From: Candidatus Moranbacteria bacterium UBA2282
GTDB lineage: Bacteria > Patescibacteriota > Minisyncoccia > Moranbacterales > UBA2206
NCBI GenBank assembly: GCA_002345745.1
Contig: DDWQ01000021.1
Coordinates: 1 to 59,911 of the forward strand
Reading direction: 5' to 3'
DNA length: 59,911 nucleotides
Shown in pieces: positions 28,101-35,146 of this stretch; the stretch's first letter is position 1; each line of letters begins with the position of its first letter. Below the pieces are notes generated by a model. The model did no database searches. It saw only the letters and a list, made by a program, of their open reading frames with translations, and was not told where the DNA came from. The position numbers and the translations under genes are program-made.

Positions 28101-29017
28101 CTGTCATTTCAGAAGTTATTGTTTCAGAAATTACTTTGACTAGTGCAATTGTTTCTTGGAAAACTAATAGTAGTGCTATTTGCAGTTTGAAATATGGCAA
28201 TAATGTCATCGAAGAAACTTCCAGTGGCGCAAATCATATTGAAAAGATAGAAGGCTTAGTTGCATCTGCTAGCTATAGTTATGAAGTTAATTGTGTGGAT
28301 GGAGAATTGAATTCTTTTTCTTCAGATCAATATAGTTTTTCAACTCCCCAAGAACCATTAGCTTCTAATGTTACAGTTGAAAATAAAGACAATGTTGATT
28401 TGCCAACAGTCGTTGTTAATTATGATACAAACGTAGAGACAACTACATTGGTCTATTTCAAATCTCCAGATGAAAATGAACAACATACTTTTTTGCTGGC
28501 TGAAAAAACAACTACTCACCAAGCTGAACTGCAAGGACTTGACCCGGCTAAAGAATATACGATTTCTGTGACAGGTGTTGATGAAAATGGAATTTATATT
28601 AAAGCGATTGATCAAAAAATAACCACCCGTTCTGATTCAAGGCCGCCTGAAATTATTACTAATCGGGCAATTGGAAAAACAAGTGGTCGTGGAGATAGTG
28701 CACAGGCCAATATGTATATTAAGATTGAAACGGATGAAGCCACGAAAGTTAAAGTTTTTTATGCTGAAGGTATCGTGGTTGCTAATTTCGAACAATCAAC
28801 TTCCGAAGACGCCAGCAATACATATCATTTGGTGACTATTCCAGTAAAAGCCGGACAGGTGTATAGTTATAAGGTAGAGACTTATGATGAAGCTAGAAAT
28901 ATAACTACAACTGAAACAGCTAGTGTGATTGTTGGAAATGCTAAAGCAAGTGCTACAGAAGTGATCACAGGAACATTCGCTGAGCGTTTTGGTTGGTTAA
29001 CAAAAGTATGGAATTAG
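25193..29017 (+). CDS. Giant cell-surface protein, C-terminal segment: remaining propeller blades, beta-sandwich, several FN3 / purple-acid-phosphatase-N-like domains
   Basis: The frame is open from 25163 in the same phase as 21593-25162. There is no signal peptide of its own. FN3-like units include PGAPVNVQIFD...YYYYVKAKD and FTWATN...YFYRVKYID. Confidence 0.75.
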   Translation: MPMIPAYVGYGGSLKAAGGYIYAIRGEASNAFYKFNLDENSWEVPQKGFFGPADTGGGSSFGFSYGTNIVKDQSDNIYIVRGNSDNTFGKYNYQTGEFTKLAKTPVGIYRDSAIVYNEDDGAIYLTPGGIRTTRTGGVNNYFLKYTIASNSWEIITTDRIPLQTGAGSRMTYDGSRYIYLTRGTAGSNNWWRYDTTAVAGSRWSALLPTILNWNQGDGSSILYKDGYIYSTRAQNQNTFWRYDVVAGTWLQRANTLATIGIGSSLSDGGDGYLYLTRGINTNIYYRYNITGNSWEAVADIPGQVNIGGVGESAGNRIWSTVGNGTNSYPDGLYSYVVGSEANGTAFEKRGNYVSESIDLISVYRWANLDIDYSKPAGTSVNIYTRTSNNQTDWSTWDLVNNEKYFGDNHYNYGIVSPANKYIQVKIDLFSGDQIFSPSVTDYKINYYQDTLAPSNPTALSAYSASDKVTLITSGSWYAHTTPYFEWPADELTGGASDGVGGSGVAGYWVYFGTDVNANAFIDGSYQTTTNYTASGLTPGETYYLKIIAIDNAGMFGATSYDAFSYKLDNIAPTNPTETSVTPAGFTAIDSYSFLWNSNAVDSQSGIAKFQYRTDGDVADVWYDISDTQTVSLSLPNENHPVGAYQSGKNKLYLRVVDNAGNVSIPITQDYYFSASAPSPPNDLVASPEYSLSNFFSFSWNAPSSFVGESSKLKYYYSINTLPTAYNTVETGLTFAGPGPFATQKGPNHFYIVAKDEAENIDYSLYASVEFAADTSSPGAPVNVQIFDTSDRGNEAYSAALKWVTPSGVDANNFAGYVIYRSVDNINFTQVAITSGTAYVDSDLESKLYYYYVKAKDLTNNLSIASTTVSLTPTGKYTSPPLLVGEPKFTVQSFAANFTWATNRIASSFVEYGKTISLGETNGQIDSMTDHTVDLKGLSAGTKYFYRVKYIDQDGNIGTSDISNFTTLPPPVISEVIVSEITLTSAIVSWKTNSSAICSLKYGNNVIEETSSGANHIEKIEGLVASASYSYEVNCVDGELNSFSSDQYSFSTPQEPLASNVTVENKDNVDLPTVVVNYDTNVETTTLVYFKSPDENEQHTFLLAEKTTTHQAELQGLDPAKEYTISVTGVDENGIYIKAIDQKITTRSDSRPPEIITNRAIGKTSGRGDSAQANMYIKIETDEATKVKVFYAEGIVVANFEQSTSEDASNTYHLVTIPVKAGQVYSYKVETYDEARNITTTETASVIVGNAKASATEVITGTFAERFGWLTKVWN

Positions 29018-29712
29018 AAAAAAATATAAAAATAAAAGTACAGGGAGTGAAAAAGACTTTTAGTGTTGGTGAAAATGACACGACTATTTTGCATGGTATT
29101 GACTTTGAAATTAAAAAAGGCGAATTCGCTTTGCTTGTTGGTCCATCCGGATGTGGCAAGTCGACATTGTTGCATATAATTTATGGTTTGGAAAATCCAA
29201 CAGAGGGAAATATTATTATTGATGGAGAAGATATTTGGAATAAATCAAAAGATTGGCGAGCTAATTTTAGGAATAAATATATAGGATTTATTCCACAACA
29301 AGCCTTTTGGATAAAATCATTGAGTGTTATTGAAAATATTGCCATTCCAGGAGTTATCGCTGGGATGTCTTTTCATGAAATTATTCCTAAAGCTGCACAA
29401 CTAATAGAATTGGTAGGTATGGAAAAATGGGCAGATCATCGCCCATATGATTTGTCCGGAGGACAGCAACAACGCATTGCCTTGGCGCGTGCATTGCTGT
29501 TGGATCCGAGCTTGATTATTGCAGATGAACCAACGGGTAATTTGGACCAAAAGGCAGGGGATGAATTAATGAGTTTGCTGGCAGATATAAATAAAAAATT
29601 CGCTTTGACAATTGTAATGGTAACTCACAATATGTCGCAGTATGATTTTGGGACTAAAATTATAAATATGGTGGATGGAAAAATTGTTGAAACTGTTAAA
29701 AAACAAAAATAA
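29008..29712 (+). CDS. ABC transporter ATP-binding protein (MacB/LolD/FtsE-like)
   Basis: Walker A GPSGCGKST, signature LSGGQQQRIALARAL, Walker B IIADEPTGNLD. ATG 29008 overlaps the giant gene's stop (ATGGAATTAG). The ORF is open from TTG 28993. Confidence 0.85.
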   Translation: MELEKNIKIKVQGVKKTFSVGENDTTILHGIDFEIKKGEFALLVGPSGCGKSTLLHIIYGLENPTEGNIIIDGEDIWNKSKDWRANFRNKYIGFIPQQAFWIKSLSVIENIAIPGVIAGMSFHEIIPKAAQLIELVGMEKWADHRPYDLSGGQQQRIALARALLLDPSLIIADEPTGNLDQKAGDELMSLLADINKKFALTIVMVTHNMSQYDFGTKIINMVDGKIVETVKKQK

Positions 29713-29724
29713 TTGTGTATTAAA

Positions 29725-31014
29725 ATGCAAATAAAAGAAATAAAAAATAAAATAATACATAGCCTTTTCGGACGTAGAGAGAATATCGGCAAGAGAATGC
29801 GATATTCGGTTATAATACTGATTAGTTATCGCAATATTGCGGCGAATAAATTTAGGTCTGTTTTGACTATTGGTGGAGTGGCTATTGGAATTGCTATTAT
29901 AACCTTTTTGATTTCAATTGGTTTTGGTGTCCAGCTAATGGTAGTTGACGCAATAACCAAAAGTAATCCGATATCAATCATTGATATTAAAAATGACAAT
30001 CTGGAAAATTTTATCGTTATAAGCGATGAAATGATGGACAAGATAAAAAATATTGAAGGTGTTTCAAAAATAGAGCGTCTGGAGGAATTAGGTGGAAAAT
30101 TCTATAATAATGATTCAAAAGTTGACTCTGTGTTGCTGGGTGTCTCTAAGGAATATCTTAAATTGGCACAATTGAAATTGAGTTATGGAAGTCTAGATTA
30201 TTCCGATAATGAAGAATATTTATTGATCACTCCTAAACTAGCAATGCTTTTGGGCTTTGAAAATCCTGCAGACGCAATTGGCAAGGAAGTGGAATATGAG
30301 ACTATTGTGTCTAAAGAAATTATGGATAAAGACTTTAAAGTTGAAAAACTTGATCGAGAAAAAATAAAAATCGTAGGTGTTGTGGATGATGATGCTAATA
30401 ATAACAATTCTATTTATGCCTATACAATGGCGGAGCATCTAAAAAATAAATTTGGTGTAAATGCTGGACAATCTGGAAAAGTTGAAGTAAAAAATGATTC
30501 TAATTTGGAGGATATTCGTTCAAAAATTGAACAATTAGGTCTGACCACAGAGAGTGTCAGTGATACGATTGTTAGCGTAGAAGCTTTTTTTGGAATTATT
30601 AGTATTGTGATGGTTGTGTTTGGAACAATTATTATGTCAATTTCAGCTATGGGAATGCTAAACACATTGAGCGTTTCGTTATTGCAAAGAACTCGAGAAG
30701 TTGGAATTTTGAAGGCACTGGGAGCTAAGCGGGCGGATGTTTTCAAGATGTTTATTCTTGAAGCGGTTATAATCAGCTTTTCCGGAGGTGCAATAGGCAT
30801 TCTTTCTGGATTTGGATTTGCAAAACTTATAAACTGGTCTTTTAATTATTTTGCGTATAAGCGAGGTGCTCAAATTTCTGACTTTATTGATATGCCATAT
30901 TATTTCTTAATTTCTATTGGTGTTTTTATTGTCGTTTTGGGACTGGTTACTGGCATTATGCCAGCCAGACGCGCTTCTGTGACTCATGCACTGGATGCTT
31001 TGCGATATGAGTAG
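29725..31014 (+). CDS. ABC transporter permease, FtsX/MacB type, with a large extracytoplasmic domain
   Basis: N-terminal TM helix (FRSVLTIGGVAIGIAIITFLI), a ~230-aa extracytoplasmic domain and a C-terminal 3-TM FtsX domain (REVGILKALGAKR). Alternative starts at 29713 (TTG) and 29797. Confidence 0.8.
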   Translation: MQIKEIKNKIIHSLFGRRENIGKRMRYSVIILISYRNIAANKFRSVLTIGGVAIGIAIITFLISIGFGVQLMVVDAITKSNPISIIDIKNDNLENFIVISDEMMDKIKNIEGVSKIERLEELGGKFYNNDSKVDSVLLGVSKEYLKLAQLKLSYGSLDYSDNEEYLLITPKLAMLLGFENPADAIGKEVEYETIVSKEIMDKDFKVEKLDREKIKIVGVVDDDANNNNSIYAYTMAEHLKNKFGVNAGQSGKVEVKNDSNLEDIRSKIEQLGLTTESVSDTIVSVEAFFGIISIVMVVFGTIIMSISAMGMLNTLSVSLLQRTREVGILKALGAKRADVFKMFILEAVIISFSGGAIGILSGFGFAKLINWSFNYFAYKRGAQISDFIDMPYYFLISIGVFIVVLGLVTGIMPARRASVTHALDALRYE

Positions 31015-31031
31015 GAATATCGAATTTTTCT

Positions 31032-31059
31032 AAAAAAGAGCGTCTAGGCTCTTTTTTTT
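31032..31059 (+). terminator. Rho-independent terminator after the ABC permease
   Basis: AGAGC gtctag GCTCT followed by T8, with an A-run upstream. Confidence 0.75.
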
Positions 31060-31091
31060 GTTTGTATAAAAAGTAGTTAAAAGTTATCAAC

Positions 31092-31120
31092 TTGAGTTAA
31101 GATTGGTCAGATGGTAAAAT
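31092..31120 (+). promoter_or_regulatory. Extended -10 promoter of the PMM/PGM gene
   Basis: TTGAGT (31092-31097), 17-nt spacer, TGgTAAAAT (-10 at 31115-31120). Confidence 0.5.
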
Positions 31121-31148
31121 AAAAACAGAGTTAATTAAATGAAATATA

Positions 31149-32534
31149 ATGCATATGAAAAAGGAAATTTTTAAAGCCTATGACATTCGGGGAATTTATC
31201 CAAGTGAAATTGACGAACTAGATGTTTATAAAATTGCTACTGCCTTTTGTGAATTTGTGAAACCAAGTGAAGTGGTGATTGGCAGTGATGTGCGTTTGTC
31301 TTCACCGTCTTTGAAAAAGGCAGCCATCAAGGCTGTAACTGATGCAGGCATTCAGGTGATTGACGTCGGTGAAATTTCTACTGATATGCTATATTTCGCA
31401 GTAGCACATTATGGTTATGCGGGTGGTTTTTCTTTAACGGCCTCACATAATCCGAAAGAATATAATGGGATGAAATGTGTGCGTGAAGATTCTCGCCCTA
31501 TTTCTTCTGACTCGGGATTATTTGAAATTCGTGATTTAGCATCAGCACTAGCGATAGGCGAAGAAGTTTTGCAAGGTGAAATCAATGAAAGCTTAGTTAT
31601 AAAAAAAGATATTTTGGAGGATTATACTGCGAAGATACGGTCGTTTGCTGATTTTTCTAAATTCAAAAACTTCAAGATTGTCGCTAATCCAAATTTTGGC
31701 GTCGCAGGACGAGCATTGGATAAAGTTTTGGAAGGCACAAACATATCGATTGAAAAATTAAATTATAATCCGGACGGAAATTTCCCTAAAGGGCGACCCG
31801 ACCCGCTTATTCCGGAGAATCGTGATGAAATTTCCAAATTAGTAGTTACCGCGGGTGCAGATTTTGGTGTGGCGTGGGATGCTGACGCAGACCGCTGTTT
31901 TTTCTTCACAGAGAAAGGGGAATTTATTGAAGGCTATTTTGTGACGGCACTTTTGGCTCAAATATTTTTGCAAAGAAGTGGTGGGGGCCTGCCTGCCGGC
32001 AGGCAGGAAAAAATTATTCACGATACTCGTTTAACTTGGGCGATTGAAGATATTGTAAAAAGCAATTATGGGATTGATATCGCGACGAAAGCCGGACATT
32101 CCTTCATTAAAGAACGAATGCGTAAAGAGAATGCTATATTTGGCGGTGAGATGAGTGCACACTATTATTTCCGTGATTATTTCTTTTGCGATAATGGGAT
32201 GATTCCTCTCGTGATGATGATGGAATTTTTGTCGACCCAAGAAAAAACTTTGTCAGAAATTATGCATGAGATGTTCTGGCAAAAATATTTTGTCAGTGGA
32301 GAAATCAATACACAAGTGGCGGATGTACAGGCTGTCATTGCCAAAGCCAGAGAGATTTATTCCGAAGGGGCAGTGAAAATCGATGAAACTGATGGAATTT
32401 CAATTGATTTCACTGATTGGAGATTTAACTTTCGTGGTTCCAACACGGAGCCGGTTATTCGCTTGAATGTGGAGGCGAAGTCGCAAGTTTTGATGGAAGA
32501 GAAGACGAAGGAGATGCTAATGTTAGCTAAGTAG
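31149..32534 (+). CDS. Phosphomannomutase/phosphoglucomutase family protein
   Basis: Active-site TASHNPKEYNGMK, metal loop WDADADRC, GGEMSAHY sugar-binding loop. Alternative ATG at 31155. Confidence 0.85.
   Translation: MHMKKEIFKAYDIRGIYPSEIDELDVYKIATAFCEFVKPSEVVIGSDVRLSSPSLKKAAIKAVTDAGIQVIDVGEISTDMLYFAVAHYGYAGGFSLTASHNPKEYNGMKCVREDSRPISSDSGLFEIRDLASALAIGEEVLQGEINESLVIKKDILEDYTAKIRSFADFSKFKNFKIVANPNFGVAGRALDKVLEGTNISIEKLNYNPDGNFPKGRPDPLIPENRDEISKLVVTAGADFGVAWDADADRCFFFTEKGEFIEGYFVTALLAQIFLQRSGGGLPAGRQEKIIHDTRLTWAIEDIVKSNYGIDIATKAGHSFIKERMRKENAIFGGEMSAHYYFRDYFFCDNGMIPLVMMMEFLSTQEKTLSEIMHEMFWQKYFVSGEINTQVADVQAVIAKAREIYSEGAVKIDETDGISIDFTDWRFNFRGSNTEPVIRLNVEAKSQVLMEEKTKEMLMLAK
31988..32007. repeat. 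Perfect 20-nt GC-rich palindrome CCTGCCTGCCGGCAGGCAGG inside the PMM/PGM coding sequence
   Basis: Read directly in the sequence. It encodes ...LPAGRQE... in frame. The arms are the same as at 16362 and 57060. Confidence 0.85.
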
Positions 32535-32560
32535 CCGTTCAACTTCTCTATAGTAAAAAA

Positions 32561-32585
32561 ATTCATTCGAGAGAATGAATTTTTT
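32561..32585 (+). terminator. Rho-independent terminator after PMM/PGM
   Basis: ATTCATTC gaga GAATGAAT followed by T5. Confidence 0.75.
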
Positions 32586-32660
32586 GATTGTTAAGTTCTT
32601 TTATTTTTTTGCAAAATAAAAATACTGTTCGCCATTTTCTTTGCCGTCAAAGTACGGTTC

Positions 32661-32691
32661 TAACTTTCTTTTGGCACACAAAAGAAAGTTA
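32661..32691. other. 13-bp perfect stem-loop in an orphan intergenic region
   Basis: TAACTTTCTTTTG gcaca CAAAAGAAAGTTA. Confidence 0.5.
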
Positions 32692-32856
32692 CAAAGAAAA
32701 TGTGCCGCACGGCTACATACCAAGACAAATTTTCAACTTATTCACTAAAATTCCCGAAAATGCTAAAAAAGATTGTTAGTAGGAAATTTCTTAACGTTCA
32801 TAAGTTTCAATTTGTACCTTGGTATTTCGCTAGTGCGGGGAAAGTTTTTAAACGCT

Positions 32857-32881
32857 AAAAAAGCTATCTGGAGCTTTTTTT
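32857..32881. terminator. Weak bidirectional terminator downstream of trpS
   Basis: AAAAAAGCT atctgg AGCTTTTTT. The stem is AT-rich. Confidence 0.4.
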
Positions 32882-32901
32882 GTATTTTGTAAAATAAAAC
32901 T

Positions 32902-34017
32902 TTATACGATAAAACCGAGTTTTTGTTTCACGTCGATCATTTTTTGTTGAGCCAGTGGACGCACTTTTTCAGCACCTGTATGAAGAATTTGCAGGACCTC
33001 CTCGTCGCTGATAGCGTTGATTTTGGCTTGCAAAGGTTTGAGGAAGTTGACAATCACATCAGCTAAATCAGTTTTAAAATCACCATAACCGTGACCTACA
33101 TACATTTTTTCAATTTCTGCAGTAGTTTTGTCGGATAATAATGAATAAATGTTAATCAAATTTTTGAGCGCTGGTTTGTCATCACGATACACTATTTCAC
33201 TGCCAGAATCAGTCACCGCTTTTTTGATTTTCTTGCGGATGATTTCTTCGGAATCAGTGAGAGCAATGTAATTATATTCTGATGCGGCGGATTTGCTCAT
33301 TTTTTTCGTTGGGTCATCCAGTCCCATAATTCTCATACCTTCTTTTTTCACAAAATGTTTGGGGATAATAAATGTTTCACCAAATTTTTTGTTGAAGCGT
33401 TTTGCTAGGTCGCGTGCAAGTTCAATGTGTTGCAGTTGATCTTCGCCAACTGGTACAATCTCAGTATTGTAAAGTAAAATATCAGCTGCCATTAATACTG
33501 GATAATCAAATAAACCCACACCTACAGAGTTAAAATTTAGTTTGAAGTCGTGAATGATTTTTTTAGATTCTGCAAAAGCATCACTTCTTCCTCGGCTTCT
33601 TGCAAAATGTATGTCGTTATTTTTGCTTGCTAATTCTCTCTGTAAAAATGCATTTTCAATCTCACTTAAATCAATAAGAGTTTTGTCTTTAAATTGTGTC
33701 ATCTTTGTTAAGTCACTATTTTTTGTAATAGTGTTTAAAATCCAAGCTAGCTCAGAATGTTCTGATATATGTGATTGAACAAAAATGGAAGATTTTTTTG
33801 GATCGATGCCAGAAGCTAAATAAATTTTAGCAATTTCAATGGTTTTTCTTCGCAATTCCTTGGGATCTTGGGGGACGGTGATAGCGTGCAAATCTACCAC
33901 GCAAAAAACAGATTCAAACTCATCTTGAAGTTTGACCCAGTTTTGAATGGCTCCTAGATAGTTGCCAAGATGTAGATTGCCAGACGGCTGAATGCCGGAG
34001 AAAATTCGTTTTTTCAT
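32902..34017 (-). CDS. trpS: Tryptophan--tRNA ligase
   Basis: Class I motifs: HLGNYLG (HIGH-like) and KMSKS. PVLMAADILLY is present. It carries a ~45-aa insertion relative to the usual ~330-aa enzymes. Confidence 0.9.
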   Translation of the reverse strand: MKKRIFSGIQPSGNLHLGNYLGAIQNWVKLQDEFESVFCVVDLHAITVPQDPKELRRKTIEIAKIYLASGIDPKKSSIFVQSHISEHSELAWILNTITKNSDLTKMTQFKDKTLIDLSEIENAFLQRELASKNNDIHFARSRGRSDAFAESKKIIHDFKLNFNSVGVGLFDYPVLMAADILLYNTEIVPVGEDQLQHIELARDLAKRFNKKFGETFIIPKHFVKKEGMRIMGLDDPTKKMSKSAASEYNYIALTDSEEIIRKKIKKAVTDSGSEIVYRDDKPALKNLINIYSLLSDKTTAEIEKMYVGHGYGDFKTDLADVIVNFLKPLQAKINAISDEEVLQILHTGAEKVRPLAQQKMIDVKQKLGFIV

Positions 34018-34102
34018 ATACTACTAATTTATCTTATTTAGAGCGTTTTGGCAAATTGAATATGCTTCTCTTGTATGCACACTAGAAAGTCAGTATAATT
34101 TT

Positions 34103-34131
34103 TTTACAAAAATTAGTTTGTGTGGTATAAT
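34103..34131 (+). promoter_or_regulatory. Extended -10 promoter
   Basis: TTTACA (34103-34108), 17-nt spacer, TGgTATAAT (-10 at 34126-34131). Confidence 0.5.
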
Positions 34132-34158
34132 TTTTACAAATAATAAAAAAATATAATT

Positions 34159-35079
34159 ATGGATAAAATAAAAATAAAGGCGATAGAAAAAAAATTTGCA
34201 CCAAAAAAAGTTGTAAAAAAAATAGCCCAAAAAACTGCGAAAAAAACAGTACTAGCTAGTGCAGTGAAGGAAAAAATAGCAAAGACAGTTAAAACAGATA
34301 AAGTTAGTGCAACTAGTAAAAAAGTTAGTTGGCAATTTGAAAGAAAATTTTTAGCAGCCATTGGTGGTTTTGTTATTGGTGTGATTATTTTTGTCGGAAT
34401 AGGTTATGAGTTTGAACATAACAAAAAAGAAAGTATGAATAAAAAAGATATTTCGACTGAGGCTAGTTTAGAAAAAAAACAGATTGATTTAATTAACACC
34501 GCTGTAGCAAGAAATTTTGGATTAGCGTATGACGAAGATCCAGTTTTTGCAACAGTAACTGATATTGAAAAAATGAGAGCCCAACAGTTTTTTGTAAAAA
34601 TTGAAAATGACGACAAAGTTTTAATTTATACTCAAAATAAAAAAATTATTCTTTTTCGTCCGTCAACCAATAAAATTCTTAATATTTCACAAGAACTTGG
34701 AATGAATGCTGGTGCAACTAATCAAAACACAACAGTGGCAAATCCAGATGATTTGGCAAATAGTGAGAAAGCTAATGATAGTGGAGAAAAAACAACTTCA
34801 GCAAAAATTGTTGTTGCTAACGGAGCGAGAATCGGTGGCTTAGCACAAAGAATTGGAGAGATGCTTATGAATACTTTTGGAGTAACTATTTCCGAAAAAA
34901 CTAATACAATCGAAAAATATAAAAACACTATTGTAGTCGACTTGTCTGGATCAAATTCTATGTTAGCACAAAAAATAGCGGGAGCTGTTGGTGGGGAAGT
35001 AGCATCGTTGCCAGAGGGAGAAAAAGCACCATCAGCTGATATTTTAGTGATTGGTGGCAGTAACTTTGGAATCAATTAG
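34159..35079 (+). CDS. LytR_C domain-containing membrane protein
   Basis: Lys-rich N-terminus, one TM helix, and a C-terminal LytR_C-like block (IVVANGARIGGLAQRIGEML....VVDLSG...A.KIA...GGEV). Confidence 0.65.
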   Translation: MDKIKIKAIEKKFAPKKVVKKIAQKTAKKTVLASAVKEKIAKTVKTDKVSATSKKVSWQFERKFLAAIGGFVIGVIIFVGIGYEFEHNKKESMNKKDISTEASLEKKQIDLINTAVARNFGLAYDEDPVFATVTDIEKMRAQQFFVKIENDDKVLIYTQNKKIILFRPSTNKILNISQELGMNAGATNQNTTVANPDDLANSEKANDSGEKTTSAKIVVANGARIGGLAQRIGEMLMNTFGVTISEKTNTIEKYKNTIVVDLSGSNSMLAQKIAGAVGGEVASLPEGEKAPSADILVIGGSNFGIN

Positions 35080-35103
35080 TCTACTTTATATTTTCTGAAA
35101 AAC

Positions 35104-35132
35104 AAAAAAAGCTACCTATGGGTAGCTTTTTT
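35104..35132. terminator. Bidirectional rho-independent terminator between convergent genes
   Basis: AGCTACC tatg GGTAGCT, flanked by A7 and T6. Confidence 0.8.
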
Positions 35133-35146
35133 GTCGTTATTTTCTT

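Noticed and set aside
21593-29017. The giant repeat gene as an assembly chimera of collapsed repeats.
   Set aside because: The blades and super-modules are strongly diverged at the nucleotide level, so mis-assembly by repeat collapse is unlikely. Only the single TAA remains suspicious, and it is reported separately.
32588-32779. 63-aa plus-strand ORF after the PMM/PGM terminator.
   Set aside because: Its TTG start lies 3 nt after a terminator T-run. It spans the 13-bp perfect hairpin, is Cys/His/Phe-rich, and matches no recognisable family.
34134-34361. 75-aa minus-strand ORF overlapping the start of the LytR_C gene.
   Set aside because: It is the antisense reading of the Lys-rich N-terminus of 34159-35079 (poly-Phe from poly-Lys codons) and it overlaps that gene's promoter.
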